IMG/VR virus record: IMGVR_UViG_3300032285_003957
Span: 64,001-128,000 of that record
Direction: 5' to 3' (one strand)
Length of the DNA stretch: 64,000 nucleotides
From: a virus
Taxonomy: Duplodnaviria > Caudoviricetes
The position numbers were made by a program, and so were the translations under genes. Below the pieces are notes generated by a model that was not told the DNA's origin, did not search any database, and saw nothing but the letters and a program-made list of their open reading frames with translations. This document shows positions 53,308-63,797 of this stretch, in pieces; position 1 is the first letter of the stretch, and every line of letters begins with the position of its first letter.

Positions 53308-53670
53308 ATGAATACTCAGAATATTTTACGATTTTATGGCTCAAAATTGGATATTTCATTAGACTCTTCTGAGTTTTATGATTTCAAATTGGACACAAAC
53401 AAATTAGTTGATTTAACATTAGACGTGTCTGAACTATATGATTTTAAATTGGATACGTTGGTCGATAGAATGGATATTGTTGATTTAAAATTGGATTATT
53501 CTGAATATTATGATTTTGAGTTGGTTAATGTTTATGATTATCAAACCAACTATGTTAATGGTGATGAAATGATTATTAGCGTAAAAGTTGAAGATAATTA
53601 TTACATCTTATCAAAGGATGGCTTTGTGTTAATGACTGAAAATAATGAAAAAATACAATTTCAGTTTTAA
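53308..53670 (+). CDS. Small protein with three LDxSExYDF repeats; possible fibre adaptor
   Basis: Internal repeats; C-terminal LMTENNEKI motif. Confidence 0.6.
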   Translation: MNTQNILRFYGSKLDISLDSSEFYDFKLDTNKLVDLTLDVSELYDFKLDTLVDRMDIVDLKLDYSEYYDFELVNVYDYQTNYVNGDEMIISVKVEDNYYILSKDGFVLMTENNEKIQFQF

Positions 53671-53687
53671 AAAAAATATTTATTTAA

Positions 53688-55631
53688 ATGACAAATAAGA
53701 GAATTGACCAATTACAGGAATTTACGGGAGACACAACGGGGGCGTATTTTATAATGAATAATAGTGGTGAAACCACAACTTATAAAGTAAGAAGAGAAAC
53801 TATATTGGGTCAATCTCAAACATCAGGAACAAGTGGAACATCTGGTTCTTCAGGTTTAAATGGAACATCGGGTTCTTCGGGAACATCGGGTTCAAATGGT
53901 TTATATGGCTCAAATGGTAGTTCAGGAACCAGCGGCACATCGGGTTCAAATGGTTCATCAGGTAGTTCAGGGTCATCGGGCTCAAGCGGAAGCTCAGGAA
54001 TTAATGGTAACTCAGGTTCATCAGGAACATCAGGGTCGAATGGTAGTTCAGGAAGTAGCGGTTCATCTGGTGTTTCAGGTTCAAATGGTAGTTCAGGTTC
54101 ATCAGGAACTTCAGGAATAAATGGTAATAACGGTAGTTCTGGTTCAAGCGGAACATCTGGTAACGGAACTTCAGGAACATCGGGTAGCTCAGGTTCATCT
54201 GGTGTAAATGGAACTAATGGTTCGTCAGGAACATCAGGGTCGAATGGTAGTTCAGGTTCTAGTGGAACATCGGGAATAGGTTCGTCAGGAACCGCAGGAT
54301 CAAGTGGAACATCAGGTTCTAATGGTAGTTCCGGAACGTCAGGAAGTAATGGTTCATCAGGAACTAGTGGCACATCAGGTAGTAACGGTTCATCCGGAAC
54401 TTCGGGAACAAGTGGTTCATCCGGTACATCAGGTTTATTAACATTAACAGGGACAACCACAAATGGTGTAATAACATATAATGGTTCAGGAACAAATGCC
54501 ACCGTTCAGTCAGGAATGACATATAGTGGAACAACTTTATCATTAACAGGTTCATTAATTATAAGCGGTAGTTCAAATACCGTAAATAATAGGTTAACAA
54601 CATTAGAAAATTCTATAATAACAGGTAGCGCAAATTATGTTCAAGTATTGGGAAATCAAAGAACGGGTATAAATGCAGGTGGCGTTTCTATTATTAGTGG
54701 AAGTATCACTACAACAGGTAATCCTGTTCAAATAATGGTTACAGGTGACGCAAACCCAATAGGAGGAAGTGCTTGGGCTAGATTACAAATTTATAGAGAT
54801 GGTAATGCAATTGGAAACATTATTCAGGCGGAAAATGGTTCAAACTTAAATGTTCCGTATTGTTTAAATATAATAGACACACCGTCATCCGGAACTTATA
54901 CATATAGTATGAGAACCGTATTAATGGGTGGGACGATGGATTTTGGTGAGGCGACAGGTCCTCTTTTAACTGCAATAGAATTAAAAACAAATACTAATTT
55001 ACCAAGCACAAATAACACATTTACAGGAACAAATACATTTAGTGGTTCAACAACAATTAAAGGTGGATTAAATATAAATAATGCTGTTGGTAGTGGTGGT
55101 TCGTTGGAAGGTGGGGAAATAGATTTACAATATGCACCATCTACCACATTAACAGGTAGTTTTGCGGTATTTGATGTTTATGGTGATAAAATAAGAATTT
55201 TTGAGGGTGGTGGAAACTCAAGAGGTGTGAGTATAGATTTAAGTAAATCTCCCGTAGGTGTTGGTGGTGAATTGTTATGGAAAACAAGTGGGTTTGTAAA
55301 TGCTGGAACATTTTTAACATTAGATAATCTAAAAGTAACCGTAACAACCAGTGGTAATAGAGGATTAAGTATAGCTGCGGTATCCACAAATTTTACCGCT
55401 AACATATCGGGTTGGTATGGATATACTGGTGGTGGAAGTGGAAATTCCGCATATAGTGTATCATATACAACAACCGCATCTAATTCTCCGTTTGGTTGGA
55501 GTTTTACAACAGAAGGTGATACAGCTCAATACAACATATTAGATAAAACAAATAGTAGAATGTATAGAGTTACGATGATGATAGGGTTTGGTTTTAACAA
55601 TAACTTTATTTCAATAGAAAGATTATATTAA
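53688..55631 (+). CDS. Tail-fibre-like protein with about 200 aa of Gly-X-Y (Ser/Thr/Asn) repeats
   Basis: GTS/GSS/GSN triplets; N-terminal KRIDQL. Confidence 0.7.
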   Translation: MTNKRIDQLQEFTGDTTGAYFIMNNSGETTTYKVRRETILGQSQTSGTSGTSGSSGLNGTSGSSGTSGSNGLYGSNGSSGTSGTSGSNGSSGSSGSSGSSGSSGINGNSGSSGTSGSNGSSGSSGSSGVSGSNGSSGSSGTSGINGNNGSSGSSGTSGNGTSGTSGSSGSSGVNGTNGSSGTSGSNGSSGSSGTSGIGSSGTAGSSGTSGSNGSSGTSGSNGSSGTSGTSGSNGSSGTSGTSGSSGTSGLLTLTGTTTNGVITYNGSGTNATVQSGMTYSGTTLSLTGSLIISGSSNTVNNRLTTLENSIITGSANYVQVLGNQRTGINAGGVSIISGSITTTGNPVQIMVTGDANPIGGSAWARLQIYRDGNAIGNIIQAENGSNLNVPYCLNIIDTPSSGTYTYSMRTVLMGGTMDFGEATGPLLTAIELKTNTNLPSTNNTFTGTNTFSGSTTIKGGLNINNAVGSGGSLEGGEIDLQYAPSTTLTGSFAVFDVYGDKIRIFEGGGNSRGVSIDLSKSPVGVGGELLWKTSGFVNAGTFLTLDNLKVTVTTSGNRGLSIAAVSTNFTANISGWYGYTGGGSGNSAYSVSYTTTASNSPFGWSFTTEGDTAQYNILDKTNSRMYRVTMMIGFGFNNNFISIERLY

Positions 55632-55632
55632 T

Positions 55633-56619
55633 ATGTCAACAATATACGAAATAGGAACAAATGGTTTATCAAGAAGAACCGAAAAAGGATGGACAACCAA
55701 TTTTGTCTTTAATAGAAATAATTTACCTTGGAGTTCAGGTTCCGTTTTCTACTATTGGGGTATTGAAAATGAGTATATTAACACCAATTACTTAGATAAT
55801 AACTTATCATTTCAATTCACAAACGATGGAAGAGTTAATTGGACTGCAGTTCATTATTCAGGTAATTGTGATTCAACATCTGGATATACCACATCGTCAT
55901 ACGTAGCAACGGGCTCCACGGACATATTATGTAATGATGGGACAAGTAACGATTTTAATTTAACAATCACATTCGAAAGAAATTATCAATTAACTGATTG
56001 TGATATTGAAAACGCAGGTGGTTGGAATGATTTAATACAAGGTCCTCACGCGATTCCATATACGGACCAACTTTGGGAACCAACAGGTGATACAACAGGA
56101 TTTTTATCAGGAGCATTTATTGGTCATGCGGACCAAATTGTCACTGGTTATACCATGACAACAGGTTCTTTAGATTGGATTACAGGTGCCACAGAATATA
56201 CATATGTTGAAGAGTTAAATAAGAAATGGTCTCATGAAAAAGATAAGAGATTAGGGACACTGAAAATGTATTTGAATGGCGAACGAATATATAAATTAAA
56301 AAATTGGGAAGAAATTATTCCATCACAAAGGAGTTCCGAGAATAGATTAATTCAATCTTGGGGAGGGGGGACGTCAGGGTCTTTAGATTTACATATTGGT
56401 GACACTCAGTTTGAATTAAAACAAATAAACTATTTTGATATTCCTTTAGATTTTACCCAAGTTAAAGATTATTATTCAGGTTCAATTAAATCAAATTATA
56501 ATATTGTAGAATGTAGTTACCCATGTGAAAACCCTATTACTGTTTTCACCAATGTTGGAATTTTAACGGAAAACTTAGAATATCTGTTAAATGAAAGTGG
56601 TGACGTAATCATATATTAA
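55633..56619 (+). CDS. Beta-rich probable tail protein
   Basis: ORF track; C-terminal ILTENLEYLLNESG motif. Confidence 0.6.
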   Translation: MSTIYEIGTNGLSRRTEKGWTTNFVFNRNNLPWSSGSVFYYWGIENEYINTNYLDNNLSFQFTNDGRVNWTAVHYSGNCDSTSGYTTSSYVATGSTDILCNDGTSNDFNLTITFERNYQLTDCDIENAGGWNDLIQGPHAIPYTDQLWEPTGDTTGFLSGAFIGHADQIVTGYTMTTGSLDWITGATEYTYVEELNKKWSHEKDKRLGTLKMYLNGERIYKLKNWEEIIPSQRSSENRLIQSWGGGTSGSLDLHIGDTQFELKQINYFDIPLDFTQVKDYYSGSIKSNYNIVECSYPCENPITVFTNVGILTENLEYLLNESGDVIIY

Positions 56620-56632
56620 ACTATTTATGTAA

Positions 56633-59290
56633 ATGGCAAGTAAAAAAATTTCACAGTTACCAAGCGGTTCATTAGCAATACCTCTTTCAGGTCAAACTGC
56701 GGTTGTTTATTCAGGAATAACACACCAACAAACTTTATCATCACTTAGACAAATTTTAGTGGATAGTGGTTCTCACCATTTCACAGGTAGTCAATTTATT
56801 AACGGTAATTTAGTTGTTACTGGTTCAATTATAGCACAAGAATATATAATCAGTTCATCCGTATCACATATTACGGTTGAGACAGTTAGTGGTTCATCCA
56901 ATTTTGGTGACACATTAAACGATAATCATAATTTTACAGGTTCAGTTAAAATAACAGGTTCGTTAAATGTTAACGGTAATGTTGGCTACACAGGTTCACT
57001 TAAATTAAGTGGTTCGTTAAATGTTAATGGTAAAACATCATTAACTGGTAGTGTTTTAATCGGAACAGGTTCTTTTGAAACTGATAATCCTGAAATTTTA
57101 CATGTTGAGAATAGCGGAAGTTTTAATGTTGTTCATTTACAAGCCAATAACCAATATTATGCTCAAATAAATTTAAAAAATACAAATTCAGGAAATAATG
57201 CAAGTGGTGATTTTGTAATTACTGCTGATAATGGAAACGAAGGAATTCATTACGTGGATTTGGGTATTAACTCATCAACTTATACCGGTGGTTTAGTAGG
57301 TGCAGAAAATGATGCTTATTTATTGAATGTTGGTAATGATTTATATATCGGAACCGTAGGTGGTGGCTTTCATCCAGGTGATGTTAGAATATTCACACAA
57401 AATAGTTGGCAGGAACCTCAAATAGCTATTAGCGGTTCAGGCCAAATAATGTTTAATACTGGTTCAGTTTCTAATGGATTTGAATATGAATTTAGTGGTA
57501 GTGTTAAATTAGATAATGATTTAAAAGTTGATGGTGCAATTGAAACCGATTACTTATATGGTAATGCGCAACAATGGAATTACTTAGCTTTAAATGGTAG
57601 TGTTAGCGGTGCACCGGATGTTGAATTAGGTTCAAATAATAATATTTCACTTTGGGCTGAAGGTGGGACAGTTAATGTAACTGGTTCACTAATTGTTAGT
57701 GGCACAATTGATACTAATGGTTATGATATTAATACTAATGGCGGTAATTTAAATGGTGTTATTGCCAACGTCTCTAAATTACATTTATCAGATAATGACC
57801 CATTACCTTCAGGTATTTTAGGTGACTTAGCTGTTTCAGGTAGTAATTTATATTTTTATAATGGCACAGAATGGAAAGAAGTTTCGTTTGGAGGTGCTAT
57901 AAACAATCCAACACCAACTCCTACCCCAAGTCCAACTATGGATGTTACACCGACATCAACGCCAACACCTACGCCTACTTCAACAATGGATGTTACACCA
58001 ACACCTACACCAAGTAGCACGATGACTGTTACACCGACATCAACGCCAACACCTACGGTAACACCAACTTTACAACAATGTAATACAACTTCATTAATAG
58101 CAATTAATGCTAATATAACCGCAAACAGCGCAATTAAAACATCTGGTGGTGGTTGGGATTCAAGTGCTTATTCAACAGAAACATATTCAGGTCCAGTTAC
58201 ATTAACTTTTCAAGCTTCAGATAATGGTAATTATTTGATGGGTGGATTTTCTGTTAATCCAACATTGAATTCTGAAACTTATTTGAATACAACTTATGGT
58301 TTTTATTTACAAAATAATTTTTTAGAGATATATGAGTATGGTGCCCAAGTTACTGTTCCTGGTTATATCACTACGTTATCAACAGATGTGTGGAAAATAA
58401 TATACAATGGAGCAACTGTTACATATTATCAAAACGATAATTTAATTTACACCTCAACAAATCCAGTAACACAGCCATTACACGTATACTTTGCTCTTTT
58501 AACAGGGAATAAAGGGGTTACAAATATTTGTGCTAAAGGAACTGTTGATTCTGCACCAACCCCAACTCCTACCCCTACAACAACTTTAACACCAACTCCA
58601 AGTTCGGTAAGTAATGGTTTTTACTATAGTGCAAATAGCTATGTATGTTATTCAACCGGTTGTCAAGACCCTTCTTATTGTGTTGTTAATTCTACCACAC
58701 CATTAACAGTTGGACAATTCTATAAAAGCCCAACAGAATCAAACATAACATATGAAATATTATCTTTAATTGCTAATCCAAATTATAGTAGTGAAGATTT
58801 AACAGGTATATCTGGATTTGCCGATTGTTTTTCGGCTTGTTATCAATTACCAATTAGTTATTCGGGATACCAATATACATTAGTAACAGATCCAGGTTCT
58901 CCACAATATACACAACTTAAATTTACCGAAAACACAACATATCTGAATAATCCAAATTTAATTGGTCAATATGATGGAGATGGTGTTCAATATAATTTTG
59001 GTTTTAATGAACATGATATTACATTAGCAGATAGAACTTCATATTTTTATCATATGATTATGGTTCAACCTGGTAGTGATATAATAATATGGTTTGTTCA
59101 AAATGGTGACGCTGCGGTTTATTTAGCACCTAGAGGTAATAATAATTTTGTTGGTAGTCATCCTTCGGGAACTATAACTGGAGGTAGATTCGGTGAATTA
59201 GACAATTGGATTTTATTAAAACCATCAAATAATAATTTTATTACTGATGATGTTAATCAACTTGTGACCATAGGATATATGGCATTATAA
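56633..59290 (+). CDS. Tail-fibre/adhesin-like protein with (I/V)TGS beta repeats and PT-rich linkers
   Basis: N-terminal KKISQLP; TGSLNVNG repeats; PTPTP linkers. Confidence 0.7.
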   Translation: MASKKISQLPSGSLAIPLSGQTAVVYSGITHQQTLSSLRQILVDSGSHHFTGSQFINGNLVVTGSIIAQEYIISSSVSHITVETVSGSSNFGDTLNDNHNFTGSVKITGSLNVNGNVGYTGSLKLSGSLNVNGKTSLTGSVLIGTGSFETDNPEILHVENSGSFNVVHLQANNQYYAQINLKNTNSGNNASGDFVITADNGNEGIHYVDLGINSSTYTGGLVGAENDAYLLNVGNDLYIGTVGGGFHPGDVRIFTQNSWQEPQIAISGSGQIMFNTGSVSNGFEYEFSGSVKLDNDLKVDGAIETDYLYGNAQQWNYLALNGSVSGAPDVELGSNNNISLWAEGGTVNVTGSLIVSGTIDTNGYDINTNGGNLNGVIANVSKLHLSDNDPLPSGILGDLAVSGSNLYFYNGTEWKEVSFGGAINNPTPTPTPSPTMDVTPTSTPTPTPTSTMDVTPTPTPSSTMTVTPTSTPTPTVTPTLQQCNTTSLIAINANITANSAIKTSGGGWDSSAYSTETYSGPVTLTFQASDNGNYLMGGFSVNPTLNSETYLNTTYGFYLQNNFLEIYEYGAQVTVPGYITTLSTDVWKIIYNGATVTYYQNDNLIYTSTNPVTQPLHVYFALLTGNKGVTNICAKGTVDSAPTPTPTPTTTLTPTPSSVSNGFYYSANSYVCYSTGCQDPSYCVVNSTTPLTVGQFYKSPTESNITYEILSLIANPNYSSEDLTGISGFADCFSACYQLPISYSGYQYTLVTDPGSPQYTQLKFTENTTYLNNPNLIGQYDGDGVQYNFGFNEHDITLADRTSYFYHMIMVQPGSDIIIWFVQNGDAAVYLAPRGNNNFVGSHPSGTITGGRFGELDNWILLKPSNNNFITDDVNQLVTIGYMAL

Positions 59291-59304
59291 TATAATTTTT
59301 AAAT

Positions 59305-59661
59305 ATGGAATTTTTTATCAGACAAGGGGCGACAGACCCAATATTAAAAATGAGATTAATTGATGACGGTAAAAACGACAAGTCATCTTTTAATGATACA
59401 TTGGAAACCGCAACAATTACATTAGAAATGATGGATGCAACAACAAGCGAATATCAGGTATTGGATAGCCCTTGCTCAACTGTGTTAAGAACAAAAAAAT
59501 ATGGTTATCAAACTGATGAAATATATATCACACACAGATTTACAAAACAGCAAACTTCAACAATCGGTCGATTTGAAGGAAAAATTAATATTAACTTTGC
59601 TGATGGTAATCTTTTAATCGTTCCAATTAAAGAAAAATTATTTATCAACATAATTTCTTAA
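59305..59661 (+). CDS. Small Ig-like structural protein (BppU-like, tentative)
   Basis: FIRQGATDPILKMRL...FEGKININF. Confidence 0.45.
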   Translation: MEFFIRQGATDPILKMRLIDDGKNDKSSFNDTLETATITLEMMDATTSEYQVLDSPCSTVLRTKKYGYQTDEIYITHRFTKQQTSTIGRFEGKININFADGNLLIVPIKEKLFINIIS

Positions 59662-59752
59662 TACCCTTTTTTTTCGTTATACTTATTAATGTAAACAATG
59701 CAAACTGTGGAAAATCCACAAGCTAATACGTCACATTAAAAAAATATATAAA

Positions 59753-62650
59753 ATGAAAGAGGTTATCTCTCAGGAGGTTATTGAGGCATTTCTCAATGGC
59801 GGCGACGATGAAATGTATATCGTTGGAGTCGAATACGACTACAGAACAAACAAAATTCACAAAATTATTCAAGACCCTGAACAGGGTAAAATTATCAAAC
59901 CAGATACGTTCACACCATTCTTATGGGTTGGTGATTTATCGGGCTTAGGGTTTTATGGTAATTCTAAAGCAACGCAAAAAAAGGCGATGACCAAACATGG
60001 AATTATTATAGAAAAACTTGAAACCGATGGAAACGAACGATTAGAAAATGGCTTAAAGTATTTGGTTAAATCATTAAAGAGTTACACCAATTTAACAAGT
60101 TTTTTTAAAGAGGGTGGTATTGACCCATGGGGTGAAAATTTTAGACAATACTTTGCTATTTTATCGCCTGTTGAGCAATATCTAATAGATAAGAGAAAAA
60201 GATTATTTAAAGGTATTGATGATTATTCAGGTGTTCATCGATTTGTATTCGATATTGAGACGACAGGTTTGGAACCCGAAAATTGTAACATTATTTTGAT
60301 TGGTGTTAAAGATAATAGAGGGTTAAACAGAACTATTCCTGCGTTTGGTGAAGATGGTGAAAAAAAATGTATTGAAGAATTTTTCTTAATTATTAGAGAA
60401 ATAAAACCAACAATAATCGGTGGATATAACTCAGCATTTTTTGACTGGCCATTTATATTAAAGCGTGCTGAAATTTTAGGGGTCGATACTCAAGGCTTAA
60501 CCAAAATATTTACAAATGATGGTATTTCAGAAAAAGAAGGTATGCTTAAACTTGCTAATGAAGTTGAACCATACAAACAACATGTCATATGGGGATTTAA
60601 CATTGTTGATATTGCGCATGCTGTTCGTAGAGCACAAGCAATCAACTCAGAAATCAAATCATGGGGATTAAAATACATTACAAAATATTTGGAAAAAGAA
60701 AAACCTAATCGTGTTTATGTAGAAGGTTCAAAAATTTCTAAAATATATTTGGATAATGAAACATATTATGTAAATCCTAAAACAGGTGGTTACAAATTAG
60801 TTGGTGAACCTGGTACCGAAGATTTATTAATAAAATATCCAAATAAATTTGAAGTATGGGGTGGGCAAAAAATCGTGGAGCAATATCTTGATGATGACTT
60901 AACAGAAACTATGGTTGTTGATGATTCTTTTAGTCAATCAACATTTTTACTTTCTAAGTTAGTCCCAACAACATATGAGAGGATTGCAACAATGGGAACA
61001 GCTACATTATGGAAAATTATCATGTTAGCTTGGTCTTATGAAAATGGTTTAGCGATTCCCGCAAAAGATGAGAAGCGAGCAATCACAGGTGGTTTATCAC
61101 GTTTGTTAAATGTCGGCTATTCAAAGAATATCGTTAAGTTTGACTATGCATCACTTTATCCATCAATTCAATTAGTATATGATGTGTTCCCTGAATGTGA
61201 TGTTATGGGCGTTCAGAAATCAATGTTAAAATATTTCCGTAACATTCGTATTAAGTATAAACGTTTAGCGGGTGAATTGGCTAAAACAAATCCAGTTGAA
61301 GCTGAAATGTATGACCGTAAACAATTACCGATTAAGATTTTTATTAACGCTTATTTTGGTTCATTATCTGCACCACATGTATTTCCTTGGGGAGATATGA
61401 ATATGGGTGAAACAATTACTTGCACAGGTCGTCAATGTTTACGTATGATGATTATGTTCTTTATGAAAAAAGGTTATAAACCTCTTGTGATGGATACGGA
61501 TGGTGTTAACTTTGAAACGCCCTCAACAATTGATACACACACATATATTGGTAAAGGTTTAAATGAATTAACCGAAGAGGGTAAAGAATATAAAGGTATT
61601 GAAGCAGACACAGCCGAATTCAATGATATCTTTATGAGAAATGAAATGGGTTTAGATATTGACTATGTTGCGCCTGCTTGTATTAATGTATCTCGTAAGA
61701 ATTACATTATCAAAATGATGAAAAAAGGTAAAGAGAAAATTAAATTAACGGGTAATACTATCAAGTCAAAAAAATTACAACAATATGTTGTTGAGTTTTT
61801 AGATGAAGGTTTAAAATATTTGTTAAATGGCGATGGTCATGCTTTTGTGGAATTGTATTATGATTATGTAAATAAAATTTATAATAAGGAAATTCCATTA
61901 GCAAAGATTGCAAACAAATCTCGTGTTAAACAATCGTTAGAGGATTATAAAAAACACATTAAGAAAACTACTAAAGCAGGTTCATTAATGTCGAGACAAG
62001 CACACATGGAATTAATTTTGGAAAACAATTATCCTGCGGGTCTCGGTGAAACAATCTATTATGTTAATAACGGTATTAAAAAATCATCAGGCGATGTTCA
62101 AAAAATAACTAAACCAACTAAAAAAGCACAAGAAGAATTTTTAGCTAAACATGGTCACCCAATGCCAAATGATTATATTGAAATTAATTGTTATATGATT
62201 CCTGAAAAGGAAATTACTAATAATCCTGATTTGAAAGGTGATTATAATGTTGCTCGTTATTTGAATAATTTCAATAAAAGAATTGAACCATTATTATGTG
62301 TATTCAAAACAGATATTCGTGACGACATCTTAATTGAAGACCCAAAGGATAGACAATACTTTACTAAATCACAATGTGAACTTGTTAATGGTTTCCCATT
62401 AAAAGAAGATGGTCAAGATAAATTTGATGAAGTAATGACTTTATCTGATAGTGAAGTTTTGTTTTGGAACAGAGTTAAAAGAGACCCTTTCTTTATGTAT
62501 GTTGAAAACAGTTTAGAACTTGTTGACCAAAATTGGGTTGAGCACAATAGAAAAGTTGTTGCATTACAAGCAAATAGCACCGTAAGTAATGAAGATGAAA
62601 TCATTGAAACAAATGGACATGATTATGCTTATCATGCGATAGAAAGTTAA
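59753..62650 (+). CDS. polB: DNA polymerase family B with 3'-5' exonuclease
   Basis: FDIETTG, YNSAFFD, FDYASLYPS, KIFINAYFG, DTDG. Confidence 0.93.
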   Translation: MKEVISQEVIEAFLNGGDDEMYIVGVEYDYRTNKIHKIIQDPEQGKIIKPDTFTPFLWVGDLSGLGFYGNSKATQKKAMTKHGIIIEKLETDGNERLENGLKYLVKSLKSYTNLTSFFKEGGIDPWGENFRQYFAILSPVEQYLIDKRKRLFKGIDDYSGVHRFVFDIETTGLEPENCNIILIGVKDNRGLNRTIPAFGEDGEKKCIEEFFLIIREIKPTIIGGYNSAFFDWPFILKRAEILGVDTQGLTKIFTNDGISEKEGMLKLANEVEPYKQHVIWGFNIVDIAHAVRRAQAINSEIKSWGLKYITKYLEKEKPNRVYVEGSKISKIYLDNETYYVNPKTGGYKLVGEPGTEDLLIKYPNKFEVWGGQKIVEQYLDDDLTETMVVDDSFSQSTFLLSKLVPTTYERIATMGTATLWKIIMLAWSYENGLAIPAKDEKRAITGGLSRLLNVGYSKNIVKFDYASLYPSIQLVYDVFPECDVMGVQKSMLKYFRNIRIKYKRLAGELAKTNPVEAEMYDRKQLPIKIFINAYFGSLSAPHVFPWGDMNMGETITCTGRQCLRMMIMFFMKKGYKPLVMDTDGVNFETPSTIDTHTYIGKGLNELTEEGKEYKGIEADTAEFNDIFMRNEMGLDIDYVAPACINVSRKNYIIKMMKKGKEKIKLTGNTIKSKKLQQYVVEFLDEGLKYLLNGDGHAFVELYYDYVNKIYNKEIPLAKIANKSRVKQSLEDYKKHIKKTTKAGSLMSRQAHMELILENNYPAGLGETIYYVNNGIKKSSGDVQKITKPTKKAQEEFLAKHGHPMPNDYIEINCYMIPEKEITNNPDLKGDYNVARYLNNFNKRIEPLLCVFKTDIRDDILIEDPKDRQYFTKSQCELVNGFPLKEDGQDKFDEVMTLSDSEVLFWNRVKRDPFFMYVENSLELVDQNWVEHNRKVVALQANSTVSNEDEIIETNGHDYAYHAIES

Positions 62651-63759
62651 ATAATATTAATAGGGCTTGGCATTGCTCTGAACTTCAAAGATTTGTTAAG
62701 ATTTTCAGCCTCACCTGCTTTTCTTTCAAGCATTTTGTCGGGACGTAATCTTTCTAATCTTGCCATAAGTTCTTCAACTAATTTAGATTTTTCATCTTTA
62801 CCTTCGGTAAGTAATGAATTGTAATCTAATTTAACTGAATTATCAGGAACTTGTAAATCTCCTGAGAATTTACCCCAGATTCTACCCAAACCCTCTTTAG
62901 AGTAGGCGATAAGATATTTTCTTACCCAATTCTGAGAGGGTTTATTTAATGAATCCCATGTAAGCGCCTCAGTATCGACATCTGAAGGTAATTTAATAAC
63001 ATCTTTGTTTTTCTTTAAACAAGTGTCTCTATCCATAGTATCATAATACCAATACCAAACTTGATAACTATTTTGTAATGAACCGAAATCAAATCTGCCG
63101 CCCGGAACATTTAATAAGTGTAATAGCTTTTTACCTTCAGGACCTGCAGTGATTCTATATGTTAAATCACCACCAATCATTCTATTCTTAAGGTTTCTAT
63201 CACCCATTCTTAATAACAAGTCAAATGCAGGTAATAGGAAATAAGAACCTGAAGTTCCAACCTGAGCAAATCCACCCACGCCACCAAATCCAACACCACC
63301 AAGACCACCAAATCCACCCAAGAATGGGTCAACAATTGAATCGGTTAATGTTGCACGAGTAAACCATAAAACCTCATTTATTTCACGTCCTGCAGGTATT
63401 TCATATATTTGTTGTCCTTTTTCTAAAGTAATATAATCTTTCTTTAACTCCCAATCACCACCTGCTTGTAAACCAACTATTTTAGAATAAGAATGTGTAT
63501 ATTGAGTTTCAAAATCCAAACTTCTTGTTGTAAAAGCTCTACTCAAAGATTGAGTATCAACGTTTAATCCATATAATGATGACCATTGTGATTCTATCAA
63601 CCAGTCACTCACATATTGTTCATATTCGGAAATAGATAACTCCAAGAAAGTATCCATTTGTTCTTCCGTTAATTCCACACCACGAACAGGTAATCCCAAT
63701 AAATGGAATATCTGGGTGTATAATTTTTGTTTGTCAGATTGTGAAATAATGTCGCTCAT
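62647..63759 (-). CDS. Probable neck/head-completion protein
   Basis: LGLPVRGVELTEEQMD N-terminus and Gly-rich loop resembling T4-like neck proteins. Confidence 0.55.
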   Translation of the reverse strand: MSDIISQSDKQKLYTQIFHLLGLPVRGVELTEEQMDTFLELSISEYEQYVSDWLIESQWSSLYGLNVDTQSLSRAFTTRSLDFETQYTHSYSKIVGLQAGGDWELKKDYITLEKGQQIYEIPAGREINEVLWFTRATLTDSIVDPFLGGFGGLGGVGFGGVGGFAQVGTSGSYFLLPAFDLLLRMGDRNLKNRMIGGDLTYRITAGPEGKKLLHLLNVPGGRFDFGSLQNSYQVWYWYYDTMDRDTCLKKNKDVIKLPSDVDTEALTWDSLNKPSQNWVRKYLIAYSKEGLGRIWGKFSGDLQVPDNSVKLDYNSLLTEGKDEKSKLVEELMARLERLRPDKMLERKAGEAENLNKSLKFRAMPSPINII

Positions 63760-63760
63760 A

Positions 63761-63792
63761 TTTGATAAATATTTGAATTTTGCTTATATTTG
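63761..63792 (+). promoter_or_regulatory. Bacteroidota-type promoter
   Basis: TTTG-N20-TATATTTG before the ATG at 63798. Confidence 0.6.
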
Positions 63793-63797
63793 ATTAT

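Noticed and set aside
51273-54432. CRISPR-like arrays in the repeat regions
   Set aside because: Repeats are in-frame, vary at synonymous positions and lack unique spacers; no cas genes are present
26194-62650. Inteins, group I introns or homing endonucleases in TerL, MCP or PolB
   Set aside because: No intein splice motifs (C/S start, HN end), no LAGLIDADG/HNH/GIY-YIG signatures, and the genes are uninterrupted
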